DNA of 64,000 bases from Epiperipatus broadwayi (Eukaryota > Animalia > Onychophora), in the NCBI GenBank assembly GCA_028023455.1, contig JAQFVV010000001.1, forward strand, positions 3,596,001 through 3,660,000, given 5' to 3'. Shown here piece after piece: positions 36,951 through 50,600 of this stretch; within the stretch, counting starts at the first letter, position 1, and the number at the start of each line of letters is the position of its first letter. Made by a program: the position numbers and the translations under genes. The notes below the pieces were generated by a model, which had not been told where the DNA came from, did not search any database, and saw only the letters and a list, made by a program, of their open reading frames with translations.

Positions 36951-39900
36951 ATATACCAGGGGTGTCCAAAAAGTCGAGCGCTCGATTGCGAAGCCAATTT
37001 TGGTCGATCGTGAGGTCAATCTGCCAAGAACTGGCTGGCAAAAACCGTCTAATTAAGAGTGAAACAAATTAAGTCAAGATTTTCAAGTTTTTTTTGTTAT
37101 TTTTGTTTTTGTTCTAAATTTTTTTTTAATAATAGATAGGTGAAGCCCAATAAGTCGTATCATTATTGAAAATAATATTTTTAATTTTGACTTAATGTGT
37201 ATTTGTAACCGAATACAATGTGTGAACCTAATGCGCAAATGCAACAGTATGCATGCAATTACTGACTCAAAAAAACACAGCTATTTAGCTTGAATATTTG
37301 GTAGTGTCATACGATAGCTTCTTTTCTTTAGTATTGAAACAGTATGATTTATCTATCTTCCAGTAATTTTCTCTAATTCAAATTTATCCAAGTCCATGTA
37401 TATTTTAAATTAATACTAAAATATTGGATAAAAGTTCTGTTAATGAGTATGTGTGTATATTCATATTGCACATGAATTAGCTAATAATATCTGTAAGCGT
37501 AAAACTATAATATACAGTTCTAATTTAAAATAATAAATTAACATAAGTTGTGTAGACATTATTGAGTGGGTAGAAGCACACCTATGTATTGTAACGGTCA
37601 GAAATATGTGATTCATTAACATAGTGCAGAATTCGACCACCACACAGAACTGCAGCACCATCTAGATAGTGAAGCTACCCATAGTACTGAGTTCGAACAT
37701 AGTTTATCAGTTCCACAATACAATCTACAAAACAACGCATCTGATGCTACATTAGTAAATACTTCTTTAGGTACGGTGATCAGAGAGATGCAAGAGAATC
37801 AAGAATTTATTTTCCAGTTAGCTAATAACAACACATATTAAATATTTATATTTACAGAATCAAGGAAATATTATATGGAATGAGTATCGAATAAATAAAG
37901 ATGTAACGGCAGATGTATAGTTTGAAATTATTTATTTAAAACATTTTAATAATAAATAATTTAACTCATAATATTTGGTAAGATTTAAAATATCAGTAGC
38001 AGGATTTTCCGATATTGTTAGATATTAAAAAGATACATTTATTTATATAGCTGATGTAATCTAGCTGCCTAAATTCTCGAGCAAGTATTTCAAGATCATG
38101 CCTTCAGGATTTATATCTTTGCAATGCAAGAATCTAAATTAGGATTTATAATAGTAGTGGCAGACATATATTTATTTAATTAAATAAGATATTTATAAAT
38201 TACTATGGACGGACATTTATTTGAGAGTGAATTATGTCACTAATGCAGAGATGAAGTTATATATTGAACACTAAAGTTAATAAGCAAAACACGTGGTACA
38301 TCTAGAAAGATGATATAAGGGTGGCAATATATTGAAACTGCGAAGCTGTGGATGAGTTGAGAACAATGGGATGGCATTTGCTGTAGGCCCAAAGAGATAA
38401 GGTGTCACATAAGCATAACCAGGGGCAAGTGGTTTGTGCCACGATTGCTTCCGGGCTGTGTGACAATCGTTAAGTCCTATGGGACATTCATTTGTCAGCT
38501 TTTGTAGGATGACTGGGATTATTTTAAATCCTAAAGAATCTGGAGCATCCAAGGCTTATAATAGGTCATCGCATCTCTAAAACATAACACATGTATAATT
38601 TATGGACTCTTCTGCTAAGATTAAAATATATTTTTATAACTCGGCCCTACATTATTAACATTTAATAAAGAACATTTGCAACTCTCAAAGAAATGTAATT
38701 TATGGAATTATCACTTAAAAACTTAATAAAATATAAAACAATAGGTAGGCTGGGTAAGTATTAATAACTAATATGTCAGCCACTTACTAACTAGTAGACC
38801 CCTGCATTACAATAAATGAAGCATTTAGAAAATTATGGAGATTTCCAAGCAGACTATCTAACAGTATATAAAATAAATACATTAAGAGGCCACTGGACAA
38901 GATGGCATCCTTCTTGATTAAACTAAATTTAAACTTGGCGAGGTCCAGTCAGAAATCTTTTAAGCATGCGATAATTAAATAATATAACTGTAAAATTTAG
39001 AAATATGTACCCAAGAAAGATAGAATTAGGCAAGCTAGATTTTAACGAAATTTACATAATTAATTAATTATTAAATTTATAGTTTTACAAATGAGAATTT
39101 TACAGTTTATAAGTTATATAAAGAATGAGCTATAGCGTGAGAGTACTCTAAAGATTGGGCACAGGTACCTGTTTTATACGACGTTTTCTGAATCAGTGGT
39201 CAATAGCAAATCGTTCATGATTCCAGCAGTAGCAGTTCTTTCCAGCATTTAGGTGATTTAGTTATTTGAATAGCAGCAGCAGCTTTCTGATTGTGGGCAG
39301 CAGATCCTTTTGGTTGATTTTATGGAAGGCACAGGCGTAGTTTCATGGCAAACAATTGACCATCCCCGGGGAGAATAGTCTTTGGCGCTTTCTACTCACG
39401 CATACTGTGGCAAGTAAATCAATATATATATTTGGAGACTCTCAACTGATCGAGAGTACAGCTAAAGTTCAACTGAAAGTTCTGAGAAAGTCCAAAATGT
39501 CCTCCTTTCTTGATCTTATCTTTTTACCTTTTAATTATATTTTATTTTGGATTCAATAATTTACCCTGAGGATAATCAATACATTCTTATACGTTTAATT
39601 TATATAGAAAGCTGCTTTACTATTGTTCACATTTAATTTTACATTTACATTTTTGGTAATTAGATTTTAGGGAATTTTTCTTTTTAATTAATCTATTATC
39701 TCTCACCGACCGTTACTTTTAAAATTTCAAATACAAAAGAGAACATACAATTATTTTTACTTTTAATTAAATATTACAATCAGATTTCTAAAATTATTAT
39801 TAAATGAAATTCAAACAAAGCAATAAATAACGAACTTTATAATTTAAAATAAATGGTTAAAATTATATATTTTTATATACTAAAAAAATACAAATTACAT

Positions 39901-40937
39901 TAATTATTTTTATCTATTGCTTTAAATTTGTTATCGAAGTGTGTGTGTGTTTATGGTGGATTTTACATACATTTGTACATTTTTAATATTGCTACACACA
40001 CAATTCGATACTAAAAAAGTTTAAATTTGGGTAGGATAGAAAGGTGAAACTTAAGATTTGAATGTGAATCTTACTGTTTCAGTATATATGTGAAGGTAAC
40101 TGTAATATGATAGATTTTGTGAACATTACAACTTTTCTAAATTATCTATTTTAAGTTATTATAAATTTAGTTTATAAATTTGCTTGCATTTGCATATAAA
40201 ATCCCTAAATTCAGGTGTGATAGTGTTACACACATAAGAGAATGTTTACACTTTACAGAACTTAAATCTCTTTTTTTTTAAAAAGATTTATTTCTTGGAA
40301 ATCATTTTGACTCACACCTGGAAACCAAGAGCTAAAATTTAAAAAAAAAAAAAAATTAAAAATGAATGTAAGACAAAGGCAAAATCAGTGGACCAGCACT
40401 ATTTATCAATTACTCAGCTGGAGTTTTTGTCTTTACTAAGATTTAATAAATTAGTGTTAAAAACTAAAATATAAAACTTAAAGTTGTCAACAAGTTATGA
40501 CTTATGCATGGGAAGAGAAAGATTTGATATAAAAACTCCCAGTTTTCATTACTAAATGTTCATTCTCTAATATTCAGAACATAGTAGTGCCCCTGTATTA
40601 ACAATATTATTATTATTAATCAATATTATCTATCGACAGTAACCACATTGAGTTTCAATTTTTCTTCTGTTTAAAATGTAAGTACCTTTTCTTATGCTTT
40701 AATCTAAATTGTGGCTTTTCTTATCTATCTACTTACTTGATTAATGAGCCTGCTTGGCAACAGATGTTTAAGCTGAAGTCGTTAACAGAGTTAATGATCG
40801 CAATTCGTGAGTTTTTAATTTTTTTAGGAAATATTTAATTCAATATTTATTATTTACTTTGAATATTTAATTTTTATCAGTTAAGTTTGGGAAAATAAAA
40901 TTGTCATAAGTATTTCTTTTTTCATTTTAGTATACCC

Positions 40938-42902
40938 ATGAACATGAGTAGTAAACCAAAAGAATTGAAAACTTATCATTTCAATGAAGAATGGGAGCTC
41001 TACTACTTTTTTACAATGGTGAATGATAAATGTTGTTGCTTAATATGCTTTACATCAATAGCCATTGCTAAAAAGAGTAATCTGGAGAGACATTTTTTAG
41101 CTTTACATAACAAGTATCAAACAGATTATCCACAAAGTATCGAATTGAGAAAACATAAAGTTAGGGATCTTAAAACTCAATTAAAAAATCAACAAAAAGG
41201 TTTTAAAAAGCCAACGTTGAAGTCACAAACAGTAACTACTGCATCATTCAAAGTAAGCTATCTTTTAGCAAAAAAATGTAAACCATTTTCTGAGGGTGAA
41301 TTTGTAAAGAAAACTTTTTTGGAAATGTCAGATTCATTTTTTAACAATTTTCATAATAAGTATGTTAAGTGTTGGTGGTCGAGAAGTCAGTACAGCTGCT
41401 TTACAAGCAGTTATCCCAGGTTATCAGGCTTGCTTCTCAGCCAATGCTATGACCTATGGAAAAAAAGAGTGAAATTATTGCTGCAATTCAAGATCTGCAA
41501 CTGTCTCGAAACACTGTGATGTAACAAATTAAGAAGATGAGTGGAAATGTAAAAGAACAGTTATATAATGATATTAATAGATGTTCTTGTTTTTTCCTTC
41601 AATGTGATGAATCAACAGATATAAGTGATACAGCACAATTGCTTGTTTTCATTTGTATGGTTTTTAAAGATTTTACATCTAAAGAAGAATTGTTGGGTCT
41701 TCTTTCTTTGAAAGAAAGAACTAGAGGTATAGATATATTCAAAGCCTTTAAAAACTTGCTCAATGATTTGAAAGTACCACTTTTTAAATTAGTTTCAATA
41801 GCAATGAATGGCACAGCTGCAATGATAGGTCGCATAAATAGATTTATAGACCTATGTCAAAATGAAGATGAATTCCCAGCTTTTTTTAAGATACCCCTGC
41901 ATAATTTACCAGCAAGTGTTAGACAGCAAGAGACTAAACACAAAAGAAGTACTGGACATAGTGTTTAAAATTGTTAATTCAATTCAAGGAAGTTCCCTCA
42001 AACAACATCTCTTCCAACTGCAACTCAATGAATGCCAACCTGAATTATTATTACATACAGATGTAAGATGGTTAAGCAGAGGTAAATTTCTGCAATGATT
42101 TCATAATTTATCGCCTGAAGTAATAGATTTTCTCCACGAGCAAGATGGTAAATGTGAAAATTTAAATGATAAAACTTGGCTTAGTGACTTAGCTTTTCTA
42201 ACTGATTTTACTTCAATGTTAAGCCATTTAAATTTAGAATTACAAGATAAAAATAAAACAGTAATTGATATGATCAGCTGTGTAGATGCATATAAGATAA
42301 AATTTATTTTGCTAATAGAAGATCTGCAACAAAATAATCTGCATCATTTTCCAAATATGATGGATCACCTACAAAAGCATAAAAATATTAATTATAATAT
42401 CGACAAATATGTCGCAGAAATCCAAAAAGTAATTGAAGATTTTAAGGTAAGATTCCAAGAATTTGAAAAAATTAAAGCAATTGTCGAATGTATATTTTTT
42501 CCTTTTAAAAAAGTTTTAAATGTAAAACGCATTAGCCAAAAAATTTCGGACATATTTTATATGGAGCAAAAGTCATCAGAAAATGAACTTATAATTTTAC
42601 AAACTGATTTAATCTTACAAGTTAGAAAATTTGTCAAAGATTTTTGGAAATACATCAACCCAGAAAAATATCCCAATATCATCAAATGTAGTGAATATAT
42701 TTCTTCTTGTTTTGAATCTACATACCTGTGTGAATTGGCATTTTTATACTTAAAGTTAACGAAGACTAAACAACATTTTGTCCTCATTCCCATACTGAGG
42801 ATTCTTTATTATTATCTTTGTCAGGATATACACCTAATTATGATTCCTTGGTTAGAGACATGCAAACTCAATCTTCCCATTAATATTAAAATAATAAAAT
42901 AA
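40938..42902 (+). pseudogene. hAT transposase pseudogene (Buster/SPIN, GTF2IRD2-like family)
   Basis: Zinc finger CCLIC..SNLERHF, LSRNTV, DESTDISDTAQL, VRWLSRG, WLSDLAFLTD, STYLCE. Broken by a SINE insertion, TAA at 41522, a frameshift near 41885 and TGA near 42096. Second catalytic D reads N (MNG) and CxxH reads CIIY. Confidence 0.9.
41361..41467 (+). mobile_element. tRNA-Gly-like SINE inserted in the transposase
   Basis: 41369-41447 GTGTTGGTGGTCGAGAAGTCAG..GCTGC-TTTACAA-GCAGT..CCAATGC followed by tatgac..A7. Removing 107 bp restores ..HNK|SEIIAAIQDLQLSRNTV in frame. Confidence 0.8.
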
Positions 42903-45432
42903 ATTCTAAATCTGTCTTTATCAGTAGCTAATTTGAATTAATAAATATTGTTAATAATTACTCATGTTGCTTTAATTTCCGTGGACATGAGTTTTTTAGC
43001 CTGTTAAATAATTGTTATTTTTTACGTAGGTTGATATATAAAAATAGTATGTATTTCACATCTACCTCCATTTAGACTACACCTATGACAACAAGTTGAT
43101 CGCAACACATTTTCAAAATAAAAAATCGATCTTATGAACACAAAAGTTGGACACCCTTGATATACACTATCAGATTATTATTTAATTTAAAGTAGAATAA
43201 AAGAAATGTTATAAATCCTTTTATTTAACCCCACTACTATTATTCTCATTCTCAGCATTTATCAGTCTCAGTAGTCACAATTATATAACACTAAATGTCT
43301 GCATTATGTTCTCCTTTATATCTTCTTAACCGATAACTCTTAATCTTATTTTCTTAAACACACATATATGCCTTCCAACTAACTATAGATTTATTATCAT
43401 TATCATAATAGTATTTCCTGCATTTTAATACTTGCACTACTTGACTTCCAAGCCAGCTCTTAGATTTAATAATCAAAGTACTCTTTCTCAAGGTCTTGAT
43501 CTGCTGATGAGGTGCGACTATTAATGATTATAATGCAATGGATATGATTCCAAAATTTGCTAAATTAAGTTTTAATGTGAGTTTACCAGTGGGAATCATA
43601 TTAAATACCAAAAGCAGAAAAGGGATTTTATGTCTACTAATATTCATAACATTGCAACAAACCAAATAACTAAATTTAACATATCTAAATTGATTATTTT
43701 CTCTTATTTTATTTTATTTTGTATCATCTGTTCGCCAAATTTAACTAGTATTTTAAATCTATTACATTTTATAAGTTGAATATATTCTTTATCCACATGA
43801 AATGATCATTCTCCCTATATAAAAAAAATCTTTCTTGGTTGATATTTTACCAAGGTGAATTATGGGAATCGATTGGGGAAGTAAACTATGGAGGTAAATC
43901 ATGGACATCAATCATGAAAATGAATTATGTAAGTCAACTATGAAAAACAATCAATATAAGACAATTCATAAATTTAAATGTGATCTGATATTGTTCTAGA
44001 TATAAATGCTGAACATAGGTTCTAGACATTTGAAATATTAAACTTGTTTAACCATTCTAAATAAGTGGTTGGAATATAAAACCATAGTTTTATTTCCATG
44101 CATGCTAAATATTCATCGCTATCCCCTTGTATTTCTGATCATCATGTTACCAGTTTGGCGACTGTATACATTCTGACAGGCTACTATGTTGCCACAGCTT
44201 GACAATGTCTAATTTTATAACCTTTCACAAACTCTGACTACAGGCAGGTCAGAAGATAAATTAAAGTAACTCTTTGTCATCCCCCACATCAGCACACACA
44301 TCTGACTATAACCCTCACCCTGGCATAGCAACTGTTATTCTATCTTGCAAAACCCTCCAGATATTTTATAACACTATGCAGTACTTCAAAATGCACACAT
44401 TAATGTCTCAGTAAAGGAAATTAAACAATTCATAACTTCAAATGTCAGCTTTTTCCAGAGAGGTGCTTTTTTTTGAGGCTACATATTATGTGAGGAACAA
44501 GTCTCTACACATTTACTTTAAATGGGTATGCGAAACATTTTACCACAACTGTATCAATAATTCTTTACTTAATTAATAAATACAAATAGAGCTGGGATCA
44601 GGGTCCTCAATCTCCTAATACTGCATACATAGTAACTAAATTATAAGATAGTTATTTCTATCTATCCATTTGAGGTGGTATGATAATTCTACCTCAGTAA
44701 TACTCAGCATTTATAGCTTCACATATGCACACACAGGGGTGATTATAGTCTTAATACAAGATGACAAAAGTTGACTGATCATAAACCAAATTCATGTACT
44801 ATATTAATTTCAAAAGACAAGCACACAGCAACCCCATCCGATCTTCATAACCATAACAGATTGCATCAACATGTTAAAGCACAGACTATTCAAATGACCA
44901 CTCAAATACTTTTTACACAACTAATAATAGTCACATAATTTTGATAATAATAATAAAAAATTTCTTTCTTTTTTTTTACAAAAAAAAATTCCTATAACTT
45001 AAATATCTACCTAGCATAATATGAACATATAAATAAAAGCAAAATAAATAAACAATAAAACATTATACATTGTCTTTTTGGTTTGAGTTCCTTCGAAGCT
45101 CAGTCTGAATATTTTATATTGTCAAAGCCAATTTGATAGAAAACATGTATGTATTGTCCACAAACACCAATTATCATTTTTAGTTCACTGACTTGGAAAC
45201 ACACATTATATCTGTCTTTTACTTTAATGACTATAGACACACATAATTTCCTCTAAAACTTAAATCAGATTTAGAACTGAAAACAATAACCAATTCCTGT
45301 AAAATCCATACAAATATATTTATTTTACATTATACTATCAAATAATTTAGAATACAGTGTGTAAATTTCCATGAAGGAAAAAAAAATCTATATATGCACC
45401 ATACATGCACATACTTACAATACTAAATAGAG

Positions 45433-45560
45433 AAATTTTAGGAAATTAGGAAAGATATTTTGTATTAATGGGAATAAAAGATATTGTGTACTAACATATT
45501 AGTACACAATATCTTTTATTCCCATTAATACAAAATATCTTTCTTAATTTTCTAAAATTT
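45433..45560. repeat. Near-perfect palindrome, 62-bp arms, 4-nt loop
   Basis: 45433-45494 versus 45499-45560, 2 mismatches; the inner 45 bp are perfect. Confidence 0.95.
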
Positions 45561-47246
45561 TAAACCTATTCTCATGCAAAGAACTGTCAAACAAATACTA
45601 TCTATAACAAGTGCAATTTCAATTGGCACTAACATTTTATTCATAAATATTATGATTCACAAAGACATTTCTGTTTAGACATATAACTCAACATTTTTAA
45701 TGTATTTTAGTGTGTGCAATAGTCAATCCCCCTTCCCTCTACACAATGATACGCTATAATTTTAAACAAACTACACACAGATCTCTCTCTATATATATAC
45801 ATTAAATTTAAGCCATAGGGTTATTAGTCTTTCTAAATAAAGCTTTTGACTTTTTTTGAATTTAAAAAAATTTTTTTTACTCGGATATAGTTAAAAAAAC
45901 TAATCCTACTACTTGTTTCCCAATCATTAGTTTTTTTTTACAAAAGAAACTAAGGGTTACAATGTATATAAGTAAATATTTAATAATTGCTAATATTCAA
46001 TATAATTTCTGGATAGTACAGCACATATTTTTAAATTTAAATTTCAGTCTAAATATTTTGCATATATTTCAATTAACTGGCCATTATTTTATTCTGCCTA
46101 AATACAGTCCCATAAAGTCTAGTTAATAGGCTTACTGTATATACATGTTCAGCAAAGTTTTCATTTAACTACATTATGATATCTATTTTTAAATCTGATA
46201 TTGATAAAATGTCAAACATTTTTGATAATAATTTTATTAATAAACTTCAGTATCTTAGTTGTAGCTTAGATTATGTTTAATTGAGTGATTTTTTTGTTTT
46301 TATCAACTACATCACAGTGCTTTTATTAAATATTAATAATTTAATAGATAATATAATCAGTTAAAACATGAATATATTCAAACTATTCTCAATAAAAATA
46401 TTAAGCTATTATAATATTATAGTAGAGGATCCTTTATTAAATATTTATTATTTCAAGATTTTTTTAAAAAAATTAATATTCTAACATGATAAAAAGTAAA
46501 TAAAATGGAAGATGAAACAATAATTATGCATGTATATAAATATATTAAAGAATTGCCATGTTTCTTCAGATTACATTTAAAGTACATGGACATCAAAATA
46601 TAATAAAATTGTGGTATAAAGTGACTTTCTTTTGACAAAATGAGACTGTTCTATGCATAAATGTCAAATACCTAGAAATTCTGTTAGCCAATTTAAATAT
46701 TTGACTCTTCTAATATTTCATTCCATTAAAACATTTTTATGATATTGTAAAATCATTTTTGGTTTACTATCTATAAATCATTCCATCAGAACTAACACAT
46801 TCTTTATTCTCTTTTTATTTCAATAAAAGCTGATTTATTAGTAATAGTCATAATTTCATAATATTTCTATTCTTATCATAAACATTTAATCAGAAAATCT
46901 TTATCTTTCATTCTTATGTTAATTAATCCTACTGTCCAAACAATTTGTTCATCCTACAATATTCATAAGTAATTCAGACCCATCTATTAAAAAGTATGAT
47001 TAATCAATAGCTATGGGACTTCATCAGTAGAATGCAGTGTTGTGGCGAGATATATTCTAAAATAAATGGTACTGCAAAAAAAAAATATCATTACAATTAA
47101 ATCAACTTCAAAATCAGGAGAGAAAATCAATTTAAGAATAAACAAATAATAATAAAAAATTATTCTACTTTTTATAGAAGAGAAACAAGCAGAGAACAAA
47201 ATTTTAGTATCTAATAAAAATGTACTTTAGTTAATATGGTTAAGAC

Positions 47247-47680
47247 CTGTAGAGGTCCCTACCTTCGCATTTTCAACTGCACATGCTTTAAATTTATTGC
47301 CTTAGTAAACATTACTTATGTAATCAATGTGCATTAAATAAATTTATAATTACAACTTTAAATTATCATAATAGATTTCTAACTATAAGATCTTTCCATT
47401 GACTTGTAAATAGAAAGATTTCGCAAGTACTAATGTATAATAGGAATTGTGGACTTAATCAGTGAAGTATTGAATAGCTTCATGCTCTCAGATCTAACCA
47501 CTTCAGCTTCACCTATTTATATAGAAAGTAGGTTGAAGTAAAGAAAAGTTCCCCTCTTTTCTTCCAATGTGTAAGTTTGTGGTTCAGAGCTGTAGAGGTC
47601 CCTATCTTTGTATTTTCAACTGTACATGCTTTAGGTTTATTGCCTTAGTAAATATTACATAATCAATGTGCATTAAATAA
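47247..47680. repeat. Pair of about 95-bp direct repeats, 343 bp apart
   Basis: ctgtagaggtccct..aatcaatgtgcattaaataa at 47247-~47342 and 47590-47680. Confidence 0.85.
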
Positions 47681-50600
47681 TTTTTTAATAAATAATGTAA
47701 CAGTGAGATTGAAAAATTTGAAAATAATTTAGACTCTATTGGATAGTAAAAAAGTAGGAATTAATAAATATATATATATTTCTATTAATGACAAATCTTT
47801 ACTTAAAAAATTAAAAAAAAAAAAAATGTTTTTTTAAAATTATATATTGGATAATGATGAGTAATTAATAATTTTCTCTGATTTTTAAAGTTTCAGCAAT
47901 ATTTTTTTTACTTGTTCTTATTACATAGACAATTATTACGACTTTTATAATATTTATTTCATTTTCAACAATTCTCATAATTATTTTTTCCCCATTTTTT
48001 TTAAAAATGCAATTGCTTCTGATGAGAACTGAAAAAACATTATTTAACTTGACATTTTAATTTAAGAAACTAATATATTAAATGGTTTTATTGATTTTGG
48101 AAAATCAGTTTGTTCGTTTATTAACTTTTGAACTTTTTCAAGTTAGAATGAAATTTTAAAATCAAAGTTTCATATATATAAATTGCTTGAAATCTGATAT
48201 ATAACTAATTAATACAAGTCTTATCTATATAAAATATTCATCTTTTCAATAAATCACTTAGTTTGTTAGATATAAAACAGAGGGTGGGTAATATTAAAAA
48301 TATTCAATAATTTTATGTATCTCAGTTATAATTTTTTTTACAACTTTCATTTGTTTTAAATAATATTTATAAAAGGGTGATAAGATTTTTTTTCTTTCAA
48401 TTTACTATTTTTTCAGCATTTTAAAATCAATATAATTTCAGTAAGTATTTAAAAAAAAAATTTCCAATCAAAGAAATAATGTTAAACACTTTTTATTTAA
48501 AATAATATTTCATATTTTATACACTTATATAGATATATATTATTATGTACACATACTAAATATGATATATGCATAAAGAGTATACATTTTAACATGTAGC
48601 AGAACTATTTAGTGATATATAATGTAATGGTACAGGGTGAGTAAAGTTTATCTTATTTGATATGCCCTGAAAGAAATGGTGTTTCTGTTATGCCTCACAG
48701 ATTTAGATATGTTAATTTATAACTGATAGAATGTATAAAAAGATGCACCACAGATTTTCAGTGACCAAATTGTAATAGTATGAAATAGAAAAAAGTTTTG
48801 GTTCAATATAATCCAAATAGTAATAGTATAAAAGTGGAAATCTAACACTTTAAATTGTAATAGTATATAATTGGGAATGAGAATGAATGACTATGTTAAT
48901 TTTTTAAATGATAATATATATAAAAATCCCCTTATTCAAATCCCTTCTAAGTTCTATACACTTAGAACATGACCAACTAAAGGTGGCCTTTTAATTAAAT
49001 AATAAGCAAACATCAAATATAAAGCTTTCTTGATTATGTGTCACACTCTACTGGGAATTGATATGACAGCCTACCTTTTGAGATGATACCCTAGGTTTAA
49101 ACAAATCAAATTCATAATGAAAGAATGTATGCAACTTTATTATCTTTCTAAACTTTACTTGGGTATTCTCAGGGATTAGCATTAATTTTCATTAATAAAA
49201 CTTGATTACTGATAAATATAAATAGAATCAAAACGAATATTTTATTGAATTTAAATTATATTTACAATCAACTAAATATAGAGAATTAATTTAATATTTT
49301 TAAATTATTAATGTTAAACAATATAGTTGTTTATTGATGTTTGTGCAAGCAATCATTAGCACTTCAATATTCTCAGGGTAAAAATAATTAAGTTATCAAA
49401 ATTAAGTATTGCACTATGATGCATGTGTACAAATAAGTAATGAGATTTTTAAAAAAATACACAAAGTCACTTTAAATAAAAAAAGTGGTTTATTTTTTGT
49501 TTATGATGTGTCTCTTTTTTCTGGTGTGGCAACAATAACAAAATAATAAAGCATAATATTCATTTTCTTTTAGAGGTTTTGCAACTGATTTCTGTGAAAT
49601 TTATGTTAAATAACATTTGGTGATGATATATTTATTTAAGTTGCATTTGTACTTGAATGAAGACCATTTATTTGCCAAGAATAAATATGGCATAACAATT
49701 ATAATAGTAGCATTTATTCACATTGAATAGTTCAAGATCAGAGATTCATTCTTTAGAGTATTATTATACTAACTCAATAATTCAAAACAAATATCAAGAT
49801 TCACTTATATATTCCTCTAACTACATTTCTGTTTTTGGGGATGCCTAAACACAGACCTCTAAAAATAATCCCTTTTATTCTACAAAAGGCCCTCAAATAT
49901 GGCAACCTTATTGATACAATTATCCATATCACATTCAATATCCGAGGAGCTCTGATCAATTGTAACATATTAAAGAGAGAGAGAACATAAAATAAAATAA
50001 CAAACATGTACACATTTCAATTCTTTTTTAAAACCTTAATTGTATCTGATTAACATTTTTTTAATTTTTTTTTAATAAAATAGACATTTGAAAAGTCTAT
50101 GTTTACCTGGGTTCTTTGTTGATAATCATATAATTTTTAAATAGTTGATTTTTTTTAAAGTATCCTTTCTGCATATCATATTGATATAGATTGATAGAAA
50201 TAATGAAGTATTTGACATGCTTGTATCATCACAATTTTGATTCTATCTTTCAAGAAAACCAGAACACAGTCATACCCCATGCTACTTAAAATAATTGGAT
50301 TATAGCCTAACAGATTTTTTTCATCTAAGATTAGATTTAAAGTAATTTCCAGGAATAGTAATCCTTGGTAATCTGGTTAGTGCTATTTGGATTTGTAATG
50401 CAAATACTATATTAGTTTTTTAGCACTAGTATATTTTACTGATAAATACTTTATTCCCAAAGTGCCCATACTAAATTCCTAATACACTTTTGTAGTAGAT
50501 TTCTATATTTTTACATAGCATATATCAAAAGAAAAGTTGCCTCATAGAAAATACATTAAAAACTGTTAAAGGACTCGGATTTATCAGTAATTCAAGATAT

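Larger units (their letters stand above)
36957..43159 (+). mobile_element. hAT DNA transposon (Buster/SPIN type), 6203 bp
   Basis: TIRs caggggtgtccaa (36957-36969) and ttggacacccttg (43147-43159), 12/13 match. 8-bp TSD atatatac (36949-36956) / atatacac (43160-43167). Subterminal GATCG motifs. Transposase remnant inside. Confidence 0.9.

Noticed and set aside
43170-44250. RTE endonuclease-like traces on the minus strand (VR.MYTVAKL; NSRTSSADQDLEKEYF)
   Set aside because: Spacing between motifs is over twice that expected and similarity is marginal
48015-48040. CTGATGA-gaact-GAAA
   Set aside because: No credible stem I or stem III; expected by chance
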